Part shown: in pieces, positions 11,308 to 23,300 of the stretch
Numbering within the stretch: position 1 is the first letter of the stretch
Layout: the number at the start of each line of letters is the position of its first letter
Origin: Thecamonas trahens ATCC 50062
Lineage: Eukaryota; Protista; Apusomonadida
DNA: 64,000 bases
Direction: 5' to 3'
Assembly: GCF_000142905.1 (NCBI RefSeq)
Contig: NW_013657664.1
Coordinates: forward strand, 62,001 to 126,000
Notes under the pieces: model-generated
What the model saw: the letters and a program-made list of their open reading frames with translations, nothing else
What the model was told of the DNA's origin: nothing
Databases searched by the model: none
Position numbers and translations under genes: made by a program

Positions 11308-13162
11308 ATGCGGCTGGTCGTGTGGCTGTGCTTGGTAGCGACGGCCATGGTCATCCTAGCCACACTCCCCATCTCTGCTTCATCCCTCACAGCAAAACAA
11401 AAGCGTCTTCAAGCAGACGACCTTGTCAAGGCGGGAAAGTACTCGGCTGCCATCCGTGCTTACACCCAAGCCGTCGGTACGTCTTGCAACTCGGTTCATG
11501 ATCCTGCCCCCTTCTCCCCCTCCCCCCCCGCCGTCTCCGCCCCTATCCTCATCCTTTCAAAATGCCCACCTCATCTTCACTCACTCTACTGCATACTACT
11601 TATACACTTCTACCTCTCTGTTTATTTTTGTTGTCATGGCTATCTCCTATCGCTCTCTCTGGCTCATGCGGTGGGCACCGGCTGTCACCTGGTTGGCCGG
11701 CGGGTCGGTTGGTTGGTTGGTTGGCTGCACCCGCTGACCTCATGCCTCTCATGGTGAACCGCCAACCATGGCCGGGACGGGGATGGTTGATGGTCAACTG
11801 TGTGGGTATCCAATGCAACTTGGCTCCCCCACCGCATGGCCTTGCTTGCTCTGATGGCGGAGAGTAGACATTGATCCGCAAGATGAGATGAACTACTACA
11901 AGCGAGCACTGGTCAAGCTCGCCCTGGGTCAGTTCAAGCGGGCGCTGACCGACTTTGGGGCGGCAATCGAGGTGGCGCCTGAGTTTACCAAGGCGCGGCT
12001 CCGGCGCGCGGGCATTGAGCTGCAAATGGGCTCCTTTGACGCGGCGACGGCGGACCTCAACGCGGTCATTTCGAGCGGGACGAGCGGAAAGGCGGCTGGC
12101 GAGGCCACGAGCAAGCTGCAAGAGGTGACGACGTGCGCCAACCTGGCGAGCGCGGGGCGGCTGGCGGCGACACGGGCGGCGTGGGCGGCGGCGCGGGAGA
12201 AGCTGACCGGCGCGGTCGAGTGTGCGTCCAAGGACGCGTCGCTCCGGATGGACCGCGCGCAGGTGTTGATGAACCTCGGCGAGTGGGAGGCGGCCATCGG
12301 CGATGCGGCCCGAGCGGCCAAGCTTCAGACGGCCGATCTTGAGCCGCTGCGGCTGCTGTCGGAGCTGTACTGGAAGCGCGGCGACCTCGACGATGCGATG
12401 ACGCAGCTGCGGAGCTGTCTGCAGTCGGACCAGAGCCACAAGGGCTGCCGCCAGCTGTACAAAACGGTGAGAGCGGTGAAGAAGGCGTGGGACAAGGGCG
12501 AGGCGTTTGCTGCGTCAGGCAAGCACGCTGACGCGGCCGACAAGTTTGAGTTTGCGCTCGGCGTCACCGGCCTGGCGCCGGTCTATCTCGGGCGGCTCAA
12601 TCTGGCCCTTGCGCGTGCGCTGACCAAGGGCGATTCCCGCTCTGCGCGTGCTGTCGCGGCCGTCGACGCCGCGCTCGCAGCTGAGGACAACATGCTCGAC
12701 GCCTTGCTGCTCAAGGGCGACTTGCATGTTGCTCGCGAAGAGTACGAGGCGGCGGTCCAGATCCTGACGCGGGCCAAGCAGGCGTACTCGTCAAACCAGG
12801 CCGTGGCCAACAAGCTCCACGAGGCGCAGCGGCTGCTCAAGATCTCGCTCCGCAAGGACTACTATAAGATTCTGGGCGTCTCCAAGTCGGCGTCCAAGAG
12901 GGAAGTCAACCGCGCGTACCGCAAGCTCGCCCGCCAGTGGCACCCGGACAAGTGGAAGACGCCTGAGGACAAGGCCAAGGCCGAGGAGATGTTCAAGGAC
13001 ATCGCAGCCGGCAAAGAGATCCTCTCCGACCCACAGAAGAAGGCCATCTACGACCGTGGCGACGACCCGTTCGACCCCAATGCCGGAAGCGGCGGAGGCG
13101 GAGGCTTTGGCGGCGGCTTCCCCTTTGGCGGCGGGACCCATTTCACGTTCCGGACCGGGTAG
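11308..13162 (+). CDS. DNAJC3: ER co-chaperone P58IPK (TPR repeats + J domain); exons 11308-11476 and 11868-13162
   Basis: Signal peptide; GTACGT...TAG intron 11477-11867 joins in frame (YTQAV-DIDPQDEMNYYKRA); TPR repeats; KDYYKILG and HPDK J domain; G/F-rich tail. Confidence 0.92.
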
Positions 13163-13240
13163 CAGCCTGGGCTCCGCAACGAGCGGGCGTGGGTGGTCGC
13201 CATCAGACTCGTGATAAACTCGTGTTGGGCCATCGTGAGC

Positions 13241-14698
13241 TCACAGGACAAACTCGCCGTCAAACACGTTGGACATCTTGCGGGTCCGGTACTCGGCCTC
13301 GGAGATGGCGTGCTGCGTGGCCGAGTGGAAGCCGACGTGCTGGAAGAGATGCGGGACGTGCATGTAGGTGTTGTACGGGTCGGCAAGCGGCGTGTGCAGG
13401 TACGAGTTGTAAGCCGTGTCTTTGGCCTCGCCGTCGTGCGCCGTCACCCGCCAGTACTTGATGACTGACTCGGCGTTGGCGTTGTTGAACAGGTATGCTG
13501 TCGTCACCATTCCGTTGCGGATCGGATACGTGCCTTGCGGGAGCGGGAAGATGGCCTGCTTGGAGGAGAGGCGGATGACACCAAAGCCGACGGCGCCGCC
13601 CCAAAGGAAGAGGAAGAGGAACGGGAGCGACCAAAGCCGAAAGGTCACCCGCCTCGTCCGCGCCAGCCAGAACCGGGCCGCCAACGCGTACGCCACGCCG
13701 ATCTGCGATGCAACAGCAAGGATGAATGGCGCGTCTTCTGCGCCCCAGTTCGACGGGTAGTACAGCTTGGCCGAGAGCCACTGCGGGTCGCGGCCCTCGA
13801 GCTCGTACGCCACCGCCAGCGCCTTGACGTCCCATCGTGGCGCGGCAAAGGCGTCGTCTTCGATCGCCAGCGTGTACTTGCACCAGTGCGAGTTGGCGTA
13901 GAGCGAGTACGCGTAGTCGAGCGTCTGCAGCCGGAACGCAGACCGGCACTGGTCCTTGCGCAGGTGCGCCACGTTGGCCTGCGCCTTCTTGAGGTCAAAG
14001 TTGAGGCCCGCTGGCTTGGGCGAGCCGGACTCGATGCTCTCTGACTCCCACTCGAGCTCGTCGTAAACCGGCGGACGGAAGACCATGACCGGGCTGCGTT
14101 CGGCCACAATGTCGGCGTGCTGGTTGTCCTTGCACAGCTCGGCATCAAGCACGTTGTAGAACACATCGGTCTTGTCCAGCACGCCGTCGGCAGCGTTGCG
14201 GACGAGTGAGTTGAGCGAGTGGATGAGATAGCCCTGATTGTGTCTCCGATGCGAGGCAATGAACGAGACACACAGCTGAGCCTTGCCCTTGCCATCTTCC
14301 TGCGCCTTTGACCTCTCCTTGAACGAAGCCAGCTTTGCAACCTTATCATCCAGCTCCACCGATGACGGCAGTGGTCTCAACCCACGACCCGTCCAGTACC
14401 ACGAGTACGGATTGCGGCACTGCGAGAGATACATAGCTGAAAAGGCAATGGCAGCAAAGACCAGACCGAGCTTGACGGCAGCAACATAATGACGACTTTC
14501 AAAGGAACCTCTAAGACGAAGACCACCAGGGCCAGGGCCACCAGGACTAGAACCACCAGGACTAGGACGACCAGGACCAGGACCAGGACCAGGACCAGGA
14601 CCACCACCAGGAAGAGGAGCCAGACCATGATGACCATGACCAGCACCACTACGACCACCTCCGTTCACCCCCACACCTCCGACTACAACATGTTGCAT
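13241..14698 (-). CDS. PGAP4: GPI-GalNAc transferase PGAP4/TMEM246-like glycosyltransferase
   Basis: N-terminal TM; LDYAYSL..YTLAIEDDA; AKLYYP followed by a tandem TM hairpin inserted in the GT-A fold; AKDTAY; HVPHLFQHVG. This matches the TMEM246 motif order. Start tentative because of the upstream gap. Confidence 0.75.
   Translation of the reverse strand: MQHVVVGGVGVNGGGRSGAGHGHHGLAPLPGGGPGPGPGPGPGRPSPGGSSPGGPGPGGLRLRGSFESRHYVAAVKLGLVFAAIAFSAMYLSQCRNPYSWYWTGRGLRPLPSSVELDDKVAKLASFKERSKAQEDGKGKAQLCVSFIASHRRHNQGYLIHSLNSLVRNAADGVLDKTDVFYNVLDAELCKDNQHADIVAERSPVMVFRPPVYDELEWESESIESGSPKPAGLNFDLKKAQANVAHLRKDQCRSAFRLQTLDYAYSLYANSHWCKYTLAIEDDAFAAPRWDVKALAVAYELEGRDPQWLSAKLYYPSNWGAEDAPFILAVASQIGVAYALAARFWLARTRRVTFRLWSLPFLFLFLWGGAVGFGVIRLSSKQAIFPLPQGTYPIRNGMVTTAYLFNNANAESVIKYWRVTAHDGEAKDTAYNSYLHTPLADPYNTYMHVPHLFQHVGFHSATQHAISEAEYRTRKMSNVFDGEFVL
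14523..14610 (-). repeat. Coding (GGTCCT)n repeat encoding Gly-Pro runs; (AAC)n run just upstream at about 14716-14755
   Basis: Direct inspection. Confidence 0.8.
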
Positions 14699-14721
14699 GT
14701 GAAGATGGAGATGGCTGTTGC

Positions 14722-14755
<34 letters not shown>

Positions 14756-14821
14756 GGAGTGGTGTGTGTGTTTTGTGTGAGTGGGGGGTGGGGGGTGGGG
14801 GGTGGGGGGGGGGGAGAGGTG

Positions 14822-15097
14822 NNNNNNNNNNNNNNNNNNNNNNNNNNNNNNNNNNNNNNNNNNNNNNNNNNNNNNNNNNNNNNNNNNNNNNNNNNNNNNN
14901 NNNNNNNNNNNNNNNNNNNNNNNNNNNNNNNNNNNNNNNNNNNNNNNNNNNNNNNNNNNNNNNNNNNNNNNNNNNNNNNNNNNNNNNNNNNNNNNNNNNN
15001 NNNNNNNNNNNNNNNNNNNNNNNNNNNNNNNNNNNNNNNNNNNNNNNNNNNNNNNNNNNNNNNNNNNNNNNNNNNNNNNNNNNNNNNNNNNNNNNNN
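14822..15097. other. Assembly gap
   Basis: Run of N. Confidence 1.
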
Positions 15098-15354
15098 GCT
15101 CGCCTCGGTGGGGGGATCTGGCATGGGCATAGAGATCGGGAATGGCCATGGTGGTGTTGATGGGATGAGATGAAATTGCATGCTTCACTGCCATGTACAG
15201 CATATCTAAATATCATTGAGCAATGCCCATACGTCCTCCCTTCCCCCATCCCGCATCCCCCATGTCCCCCTCCCCCCCTCCCCCCCTCCCCCTCCCTTCC
15301 CCCCCCCTCTCCCTCCTCCCTCCCTACCGTGCAGTAAATCCACCACATCTGTCT

Positions 15355-16305
15355 ATGACGACACCCGGGGAGATGTTCCACGTAGCGGCTCCTGAGAGGG
15401 TTCTTCGCGCCAGACAAAAGGACGGACAGCATGTATCTGAGCTGCGTGGACGGTTGGAGGAGCTGGTCCGTGGCATGGTCGGCGGAAGAGCGAGCGAAGC
15501 GGCGGCTGGGACCGTCTCGCTCGTCGCATCGCTGGTGTACTATGGTCTGACAAAGGGTCTTTGCCAGCCATCGGTCGGCGAAGAGTATGGTTATGTGCTG
15601 GCGACGCGGAGCTCGGCGCCTCTTGAAGGCATCGTTCCGGCGGCTGGTCCGCTCTCGGCTCCTGGTCGCGTCCGCGCGGCGAATGGCTCCATCAAGTGGG
15701 CGCCGTCGGACGTGCCGCTGGTGCGCATGTGGCTGGCGTTGCTGCTCAAGATCGTAGCACCGCTGCTGGTGGCTCGCGCCGACGTCCGAGCTGCAGTGGC
15801 ACGCTTGATCGGCGCCTGGGTCGATCGCCACTGGCCGCTGATCCAGCGCCTCGCCGCCGCGGTCATCGCTCTCCACGAGGCCTGGTTCTTTGCCGTCGGC
15901 TCGTACGCTTCGATCGCTGACCGGCTCTTGGGCATTGTCCACGCTGATGTGGCGCCCTCGACCTCGCATCTGGCCCGAACTCGCAACCAGGGCTACGTCG
16001 GCATGGCGGTCCTCCACGCCATCCCGCCGGCCATCGACCTTGTCTCTGCCCTCCGCACGCTCGCCACACCGCCGGCCGGCGAGTCGACCGACGACAGTGA
16101 GCATGTGCGTGGCGCACAGCTGCTCGCCCCCGAAATCGACTGTCCCATCTGCTTTGAGGACATGTCGCACAACGTCTCAGCCACGCTCTGCGGTCACGTC
16201 GCTTGCTGGGACTGCCTTATCCAGTTTACCGCCTCGGACGCTTGCTGCCCGACCTGCCGCGCGCCGACCAAGCCCTCTGATGTCGTCCGTCTGTACAACT
16301 ACTGA
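15355..16305 (+). CDS. PEX10: Peroxin 10, RING E3 ligase
   Basis: AAPERVLRARQKD N-terminal motif, (T/S)VGEEY motif and C-terminal C3HC4 RING (CPIC..CGH..CWDC..CPTC). Confidence 0.88.
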   Translation: MTTPGEMFHVAAPERVLRARQKDGQHVSELRGRLEELVRGMVGGRASEAAAGTVSLVASLVYYGLTKGLCQPSVGEEYGYVLATRSSAPLEGIVPAAGPLSAPGRVRAANGSIKWAPSDVPLVRMWLALLLKIVAPLLVARADVRAAVARLIGAWVDRHWPLIQRLAAAVIALHEAWFFAVGSYASIADRLLGIVHADVAPSTSHLARTRNQGYVGMAVLHAIPPAIDLVSALRTLATPPAGESTDDSEHVRGAQLLAPEIDCPICFEDMSHNVSATLCGHVACWDCLIQFTASDACCPTCRAPTKPSDVVRLYNY

Positions 16306-16528
16306 GGACGAGATCGAGATCGAGATCGAGATCGAGCATGCAAACCCCGCCCTCCCCCCCCTCCCCAATTCGATCGCATCCCAAGAAGCCCATCGCCTGC
16401 CATCACCCAGAAACCCCACGCCTACTCTCTCTCTTCGCATTCCCCTCACCCAACTCTGTACCCCCCCCCCCCCCCCCCCCCAAACGCCGACCGCCGCCTG
16501 CCACTCGTCGCACCGACTCTCAGCCGAG

Positions 16529-18375
16529 ATGGAAGTCGATGCCGAGGACCTGGCCAGGTTCTCTGTCACGTACCACATACCGACAGCATCAAGTCAAGCA
16601 TTTCCCAAGCCAAGCTATGTCCCCAACCGAGACTCTGACTCTGACGACAATGTAGAGACCGTGGCCCGAGCGAGTAGAGCTGGCCCAAGTCAGGATGGGC
16701 TCGGATCGACTTCCGAGAGCAGAATGCCGGCTGACTCTGCCACGAGTCAGAGCCGCATTGAGGAGCGATTGGCCATGGCAACGGGTGGACGAGTCTCTGC
16801 GCTCTCGCGATCCGAGCATGAAAGCTATCTTGGCGCTCTGGCTGCTCTCCGGGAGGATCCAACCCGCCAAGACGCGCTCGCTGCCATCGCTGCTCTTCAT
16901 CCTGTGGTCGAGCGCGAGCAGGCAGCGTTCCGCAAGGTCATGGAGCAAGTGTATGCCCATGCTGGCCGGTACAACATCCTGCATCCGCACGTCCGGTCGA
17001 CCATGGCCAGCTATCTGGCCGCCAGAGCCGCCGCGCAGGCCGAGTGGTACCCAGCATCGGTGCGGTACTCGGCGGGCGAGACGGTGTATCTCGGGCGCAA
17101 GGCCGGACCGGACACCGGCGAGGCTAGCTTTGAGTGTGTACAGCCCGAACTGGCAAGAAGGGGCCTCCGCTGAGGGAGCTCACCCACCTCGATCGGCCGT
17201 ACACCTTTGCGATGGGCAAGAACGACCCGCTGCCCATGCCGTGGCACGCGAGCGACGGCGCGCCGCGGATTCTGCCGCCGATCTCGCTTGATACCGAGGC
17301 GGAGGGCGCAGCGGCGGCGTTTGAGGCCGACGTGGTCATTGACGCTGAGACGCTAGAGACGCTGTTTGGCGTGGCCACGCCCAACCGCGATCCGGCGTGG
17401 ACGCTGCCTGTAGTGGTTGACGCTGCCGGCGTGGCCTTTGTCGATCCACCAGCCCTGCCCGCATCGGTGGACAAGCTCCATCCGAGGACACTCAACCAGA
17501 TGTACTTTGAGGGTGCGTACGAGAGCCTGCTAGCAGCGAACATTGAGCCAGTTGTTCACTTCCGGTACTCGGGATGGCGGCTCGGATCACTGCGGATGGT
17601 TGTCCGCAGCCGCTGCCTCGGCCTCGATCCGGCGACACCCGAAGCTGTTCTGGGCGCTGCGGTCAAGCTCGAGTACCTGCGACCAAACGCGTGGGAGCAC
17701 ATGGAGCCGACAGCGGCGATCAAGCTCATCGTGCACTCGCTCACCCGCGGGAGCGGCCGGGTCTCACTCGCACACATTGCGCCGTCGTCCAACACCGTCG
17801 AGGCAACTGAGCCGGTCGACGCGTCGTTGGTGGCGTCGGTCGAGAGCTTTGGCGCGGCATGCGCTCTGGTGGCGGCTGTGCTGGGCAAGGTGGCGCGGTC
17901 GCCACAGGGTCGGTGCATCATCTCGCACGCGCACCGACACGCGTCGGCGGCCATCCTTGTCGGCGATGACGACGGGCCGCAATCGCTTCAGGGAGCCATC
18001 CACGTGGCACTGGCCGGATCACGGTCGTCGGTGCCGTACATCAAGCCGCTCTGGCAGAACGGCTCGGCCATCGAGGACACATTCCCTGTCGACGAGCGAC
18101 TCGACTCGAAGCGAGCGGCAATCAAGATCCGGCCGGACGGCTCGCGCTTTGTCGACTGCTGCCACTACTACGCGCGGACCGGATCGTGTGCCCGCGACGA
18201 CTGCGTCTTTCCGCACATCACCGAGGCCGAGGTCCGCGAGCTCTGCGCCCGCCACAATCTCGAGTGCCCGGCGCTGACTGCCAAGCCGGCGCGCGGGCGG
18301 GCCAAAAAAAAGCGCTGGCGTGCGCGCAAGGGCAAGGGCAAGGGCAAGGGCAAGGGCGAGGCTGGGGGCAGTTAA
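16529..18375 (+). CDS. ICE2/NARG2-like (little elongation complex subunit 2) with C-terminal CCCH zinc finger; frame break near 17160-17163
   Basis: WTLPVVV..VAFVDPP, YSGWRLGSLRMVVRS and VKLEY resemble the NARG2_C domain. CHYYARTGSCARDDCVFPH is a CCCH finger, followed by a basic NLS-like tail. Two ORFs (16529-17173 and 17134-18375) join on adding one base. Confidence 0.6.
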
Positions 18376-18401
18376 AGGCAGGCTTTAGCAGAGGCTGGCG
18401 G

Positions 18402-19928
18402 TTAGACATCGTCTAGTGAGCCCGGGGTGGCGCGGGCGACGGGGATGAGCTGCTCGGCCATCTCGAGCGGGAGATACTCGCGGATGAGGTCGTTGATGGC
18501 ATCGTGCGACGGCGCAAGGCCCTGAGCGATGAGCATGTTCTTGACGCGCTCCTCGCGGAGCTTGACAGACGCGCCGTTGCCCGAGTGCGAGCCATACGCG
18601 TTGAGGCCTTCGGCAAGCTGCTCGAGGTACTCGTACGAGCCGGCGAGCAGGGTCTTGGCGGCGGCCTGGTCGATGGTCGAGCCGAGGTAGCGCTCAAAGA
18701 GGACCTTGATGGTGGTCCGCGGCAGAGAGGGAAGTGGCTTGCCCGAGGCTGCGCGCGGCGCAGGGGTCTTGGGTGGGAGGCCGATGCCGAGGTCTGCCAT
18801 GAGCTCCTCGACAGCGGAGCGAGAGGCGGCGTCGGCCTTGTTGCGTCGTGCAACGCGGAGGCCTGTGGCACGGACCGGAACTTGGGGCGCCGATGGGCGG
18901 TGCTTGGCAAACGCCGGCGTTTTGCCCTTAGTCACGTCGACTGGGGTGAGCGGGCGCGGCGGGGTGAAGGGCATGCCCTCGGGGCGGTCGCCAGCGCGTG
19001 GACGGACCCGCGCCGGAACTGCTGACGCCGGACGGAGCGGCGGCTCAGGCGAGTCGCCGAGCACGTCGCCAGCGGCCTGGTACGCGGTGTGGTCCTCCCA
19101 GCCAGCGTCATCGTCGAACTCGGCGGCAACGAGGTCTGCGCCTGCGGCCAGGGTTCGCGGCTTTTTGGCGGCGCCGGCGTCGGACGGGGCGGTCAGGCTC
19201 CGCTTGCGTGAGGGTGTCAGATCCTCGCCAGGCGTCGCCGTCATGGCCACCATTTGGAGCAGCGACTTTGGGGTGGCGTTGACGGCTGGGCGCGGGCGGA
19301 TGGCGCCGACTTTGCCGGCGAGCATCGGGGCCACAAACGGGGCCGACGACGCCACCGGCGCCGGCGCACCGTCGGACCCGCCGCTCGCCAGCAGCGCTTC
19401 AGCGGTGCGGACCAGCAGTGAGCGCGGGGTGATGCCCCCGTTGTGAGCCCTGTTCATGGCCGGGAGCGAGCGGATGGAGGTGTACGGGCCGGACGACGGC
19501 GCGCCGTTCTGCCGCGGCGGGAGGTTCTCACTAGCGCCCGTAGCACTTGCGCTTCCGCCGCCACTTGCCGGCGACGGCATAGCCAGAGCCATGGCTGTCT
19601 TGACGAGCATAGTTCGCGGCGTGTCGCCACCCTTGACGGCCACCGATGACGCTCTCCGCGAGGCCGAGCCGCCCATGCGGGCCGAGACCCTGGCGCTGGC
19701 CAGCCTGTCGGCCGAGGGCGTGGCAAACGTCCGGCCGGCCGATGCTGGAGGCCGGGGCAAACCATGCAAAGCTGTCCTTGTTGTCGAGCCTGTCAAGCCT
19801 GTCGAGGCTGTGGAAGAGGAAGTCGTCGATGCCCCGCTGCGAGTAGGCGTGTGTCGGGCGCCTGGGGTAGCGGTCATGGCCATGGCCCGAAGCAGGCCAC
19901 GTGGGGTGGCTCCTGGCCGTGACGACAT
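18402..19928 (-). CDS. CENPT: Centromere protein T (histone-fold C-terminus)
   Basis: C-terminal YLEQLAEGLNAYGSHSG..MLIAQGL..LIREYLPLEMAEQLIPVA matches the CENP-T histone fold and extension. The disordered N-terminus carries TPRxLL helical motifs. Confidence 0.85.
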   Translation of the reverse strand: MSSRPGATPRGLLRAMAMTATPGARHTPTRSGASTTSSSTASTGLTGSTTRTALHGLPRPPASAGRTFATPSADRLASARVSARMGGSASRRASSVAVKGGDTPRTMLVKTAMALAMPSPASGGGSASATGASENLPPRQNGAPSSGPYTSIRSLPAMNRAHNGGITPRSLLVRTAEALLASGGSDGAPAPVASSAPFVAPMLAGKVGAIRPRPAVNATPKSLLQMVAMTATPGEDLTPSRKRSLTAPSDAGAAKKPRTLAAGADLVAAEFDDDAGWEDHTAYQAAGDVLGDSPEPPLRPASAVPARVRPRAGDRPEGMPFTPPRPLTPVDVTKGKTPAFAKHRPSAPQVPVRATGLRVARRNKADAASRSAVEELMADLGIGLPPKTPAPRAASGKPLPSLPRTTIKVLFERYLGSTIDQAAAKTLLAGSYEYLEQLAEGLNAYGSHSGNGASVKLREERVKNMLIAQGLAPSHDAINDLIREYLPLEMAEQLIPVARATPGSLDDV

Positions 19929-20173
19929 AGACAAGAGAAGAGCGACAAAGTATGTCTATGTCTATGTATGTGTGTGTATGTGGCTGGGTGGGTGGGTGTG
20001 GCCGTGGAGAGTGGGAGTGTAGTAGTGGCCGTGTGCCTGGTGTGGCTCTTTGGCGCGCTTTCCCCCTTTGGCGCCGCCATTCGGTCAGCTGCTGGAAATG
20101 AATGGCCACCGCTTACCGCCCACCGCCCGCCGCCCGCCGCCCGCCGCCTGCCGCCAGCCGCCCGCCGCCCGCC

Positions 20174-20273
20174 NNNNNNNNNNNNNNNNNNNNNNNNNNN
20201 NNNNNNNNNNNNNNNNNNNNNNNNNNNNNNNNNNNNNNNNNNNNNNNNNNNNNNNNNNNNNNNNNNNNNNNNN
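20174..20273. other. Assembly gap
   Basis: Run of N. Confidence 1.
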
Positions 20274-20346
20274 GGTCCTCCCTACTTCGCCCTCCGACGG
20301 TCACTCCTCCCCCCTCCCCCCCCCTCCCCCCCCCCTCTCTCCCGCC

Positions 20347-23300
20347 ATGGACATGTCAGCATGGTGGCTGGCAGTCGGGGTGGCTGCTGGCCTGACCTGC
20401 TTAGTAGCTGTCGGCTATGCTATTGTTGCCTCGCTTCGGCCACGCCATGCTCGCCTCGCCCGTCACACGACGACGACGACGACGACCACCACCACTGGCA
20501 CTACGTCTACTGCCTGTGTCTCGCCCCCGGGTCTGCCTCTACTGCCGCATGCACTACGTGGTGCGCTGCCTCTCCCAGTCCTGCCGCCATCAGCAGAGCC
20601 ACAGGTGGCTCCTGCCATCGCTCACGCTCGCCTCGCCCGCTCGACTGTTGCCTATGACTCACGTTACACAGACGACATTGTGCCGGCACTCATACTGCCG
20701 CCGCTGCGTGATTCCCACGTCCGCCGCCTCGTGGATTTGCTTACGCCGCAGCCACTGCAGCGCCCGCGCTCCTCTGTTCCATCATCAGCACCTCGCTCCT
20801 CTCCTCCCTCCTCCTCCTCCTCCTCCTCCGACTCATCGTCGCACCCAGAGTCTGGCTCGTCCGAGTCGGAGCCTGGATCGGTGCCCGGCGCGCACCGTGG
20901 CACCTCCGTGCTGCGCTCCGAGAGTAGACAAGGCTCGCGTGGGATAGGAGACTCGTCGGGCTCGACAACCTCACACGAGAGCTCGTGCGCTTCGTCGATC
21001 TCAGGCCACGAGCGAGCGTCGTCTCTGCAGCCGCAGCGGAGCCCCGACATTGTCGACGACGAGGCCGCTGCTGTGCTTTCGGCCATGCGCGCGGCCCGGA
21101 GCAAGTCGGCTTCGCTGGCCTCGCTCAACGGCGCCAAGGACCGCCCCAGTATCGGTGTGCCCGCCGCACCACAGAAGCACGTCCAGGAGGCTCGCGCAGC
21201 GCTGTCCGCGGCGCGTACCACGCTCGGCGTCATCGCCAACCCACAGGCTACCGGCGTTGTCCTCACCCGCGTCAACTCTTGCTCGGCCGCACACCGCGCC
21301 GGCCTTCGCAAGGGCGACGTTATCAAGTACGTCGACATCTTCCCGCGCGACGACGAGGACGCAGTCCTCGACCGCATCATTTCGCACGACCCGCTCGAGC
21401 TCCTCAACTCGTCCATCCATATCGGGCCGGAGCCCGAGTCAGTCTCAATTGCCGTCCGCTCGCACTCAGACTTGCGCAACCTTCTCGACATCACCTTCCC
21501 AGGCGAGCACCAGCGGTTCCACATCATTCGCTACGCCGAGGACGTGGTCGTTGACGTTGTCTTTGGCGCCAAGGGTATGACTATGCAAAAGGTGGCCGAC
21601 TACCGCTCTGCCGCCGGTGACCGCTGGGTTCATGCCATGGAGGCCAAGAAGAAGCCCGTCGACTACGCCACGCTCTTCACACGCGCCGCATACACAGCAG
21701 AGCGCGAGGAGATGCACACATCGTCGTCTGACTCACGCGAGCTCATTCGCTCGCTCTCGGGCTCCATTCAGCCACTCGCCACTGACTCGCTCGCCAGGAA
21801 CTCTGCCGCCGCGGACGTCGCCCAGCATGCGCTCGGCGGCGAGCTCTTTGCCGAGGCCCGCTCTCTCGGCGAGCTTTCCCACTCGATTGCCGCCTCGATG
21901 CTCACCGACGCCTCACTCACTTGCCTCCTCGACGAGCTCCTTGTCCGCGATCTCAACTCGCTCGGCTTCAAGCCTTACGTCTCTCGGCTGTCAGCCCGTG
22001 GTGCCGAGCGGCGTGCTCGCTTCATCATCGGCGGCATCCCAGTCCACCTCCGGGTCTCGCCTACCCGTCACCGCATGCTCGATGTCGCCGAAATTGACGC
22101 CCAGATCTCGACCGGCCGCGCCGCCTCGCCCACCCGTCCGCCCTCAGTCCTCGAGACCCGCACCGCCTTCCGCGCCCCCTCCGGCGTCCACACCTCGGGC
22201 CTTGACGACACGCTACCCTGGAAGACGTGGGCAGATTTTGTTGCCGACCACATGGCCGAGTTTATCACCGACTCAACCCTCTGCACAGGCTGCGGCCGCG
22301 TCTTCCCGCCAAACTCAGAGGTGCTCATGGTGTGCGGCCTCCCGTACCATGTGCCATGCGCCCGCTGTCTCGAGTGCCAGCGCCCGCTGCAGGAGACCGG
22401 CGTCGTCCCGCCGCCACCGTTCCCGGCGGCCCACCCAGATGCCGCTGGCGACGAGGTCGTCCGTCCCGACCCGGGAGCCCTTTTTGCACCTGCCGTCCGC
22501 TCGCGCCTCGCCACCACCGCTCCATCGCGCGCTCATGCTCACGGTCGGTCTGTCGGCCTCTACTGCCCCTCGGACTGGTTCTTCAAGTTTGGCACAAAGT
22601 GCGCTCGCTGCGCCGTCACTGTGACGGACTCGCAGCATGTCGTTGCCCTCCGCCGCCTCTGGCACGCTGAATGCTGGAAGTGCACCGCTTGCGACGTCGC
22701 TTTTACCCGCGATGCCCGCGTCGCCGCCCACTCGGCCCAACCTGCCCGTCCACGGCCAGACCTGTCGCGGAGTCTTCTTCCCGTCCACGTCTCACCGACC
22801 ATCTCTGGCCTCGGGCCGTGCCTCGGCCTGCGAGCGCCCGACGCTCCGGCTCATGCCTGGCCGCTACTTCCATTCTGCGAAGACTGCTCAGACGCCCTCG
22901 CGTGCGCTGCCTGCAACGGCGTCGCATCGCCCACCGGCGGCCCAGACCCGCTCCTCACCGTCACCTTGCTCGACTCTCTTCCCACCACTTCGCCACTTCG
23001 GAACTCAAACTCGGACGAAGAGGCCCCGCCCGTCGCTGGTCCGGGCCCGGTCTCGTCCAAGCTCCATGCCTCGTGCTTCATGGCACTCGTCGAGGAAATC
23101 GACAGCGGCGAGCGTCCGCAGTGTGTCGCCTGCGGCCAGCCGTGCCTCGACGGCATCGACGCCCTCGGCGGCCTCTTCCATCGCAAGTGTTTTACCTGCG
23201 CCAACTGCAAGCTCCCGGTCGACTTTGACGAATGCTTTGTCTTTCGCGGGGTGCCGTACTGCTCGCGGCGCCTGTGCAAGGCCACCGTCCCTACCTCCAT

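Noticed and set aside
15890-16528. ORF overlapping PEX10 and reading into the ICE2-like gene
   Set aside because: It crosses (ATCGAG)n and poly-C intergenic tracts; a credible ATG is at 16529.
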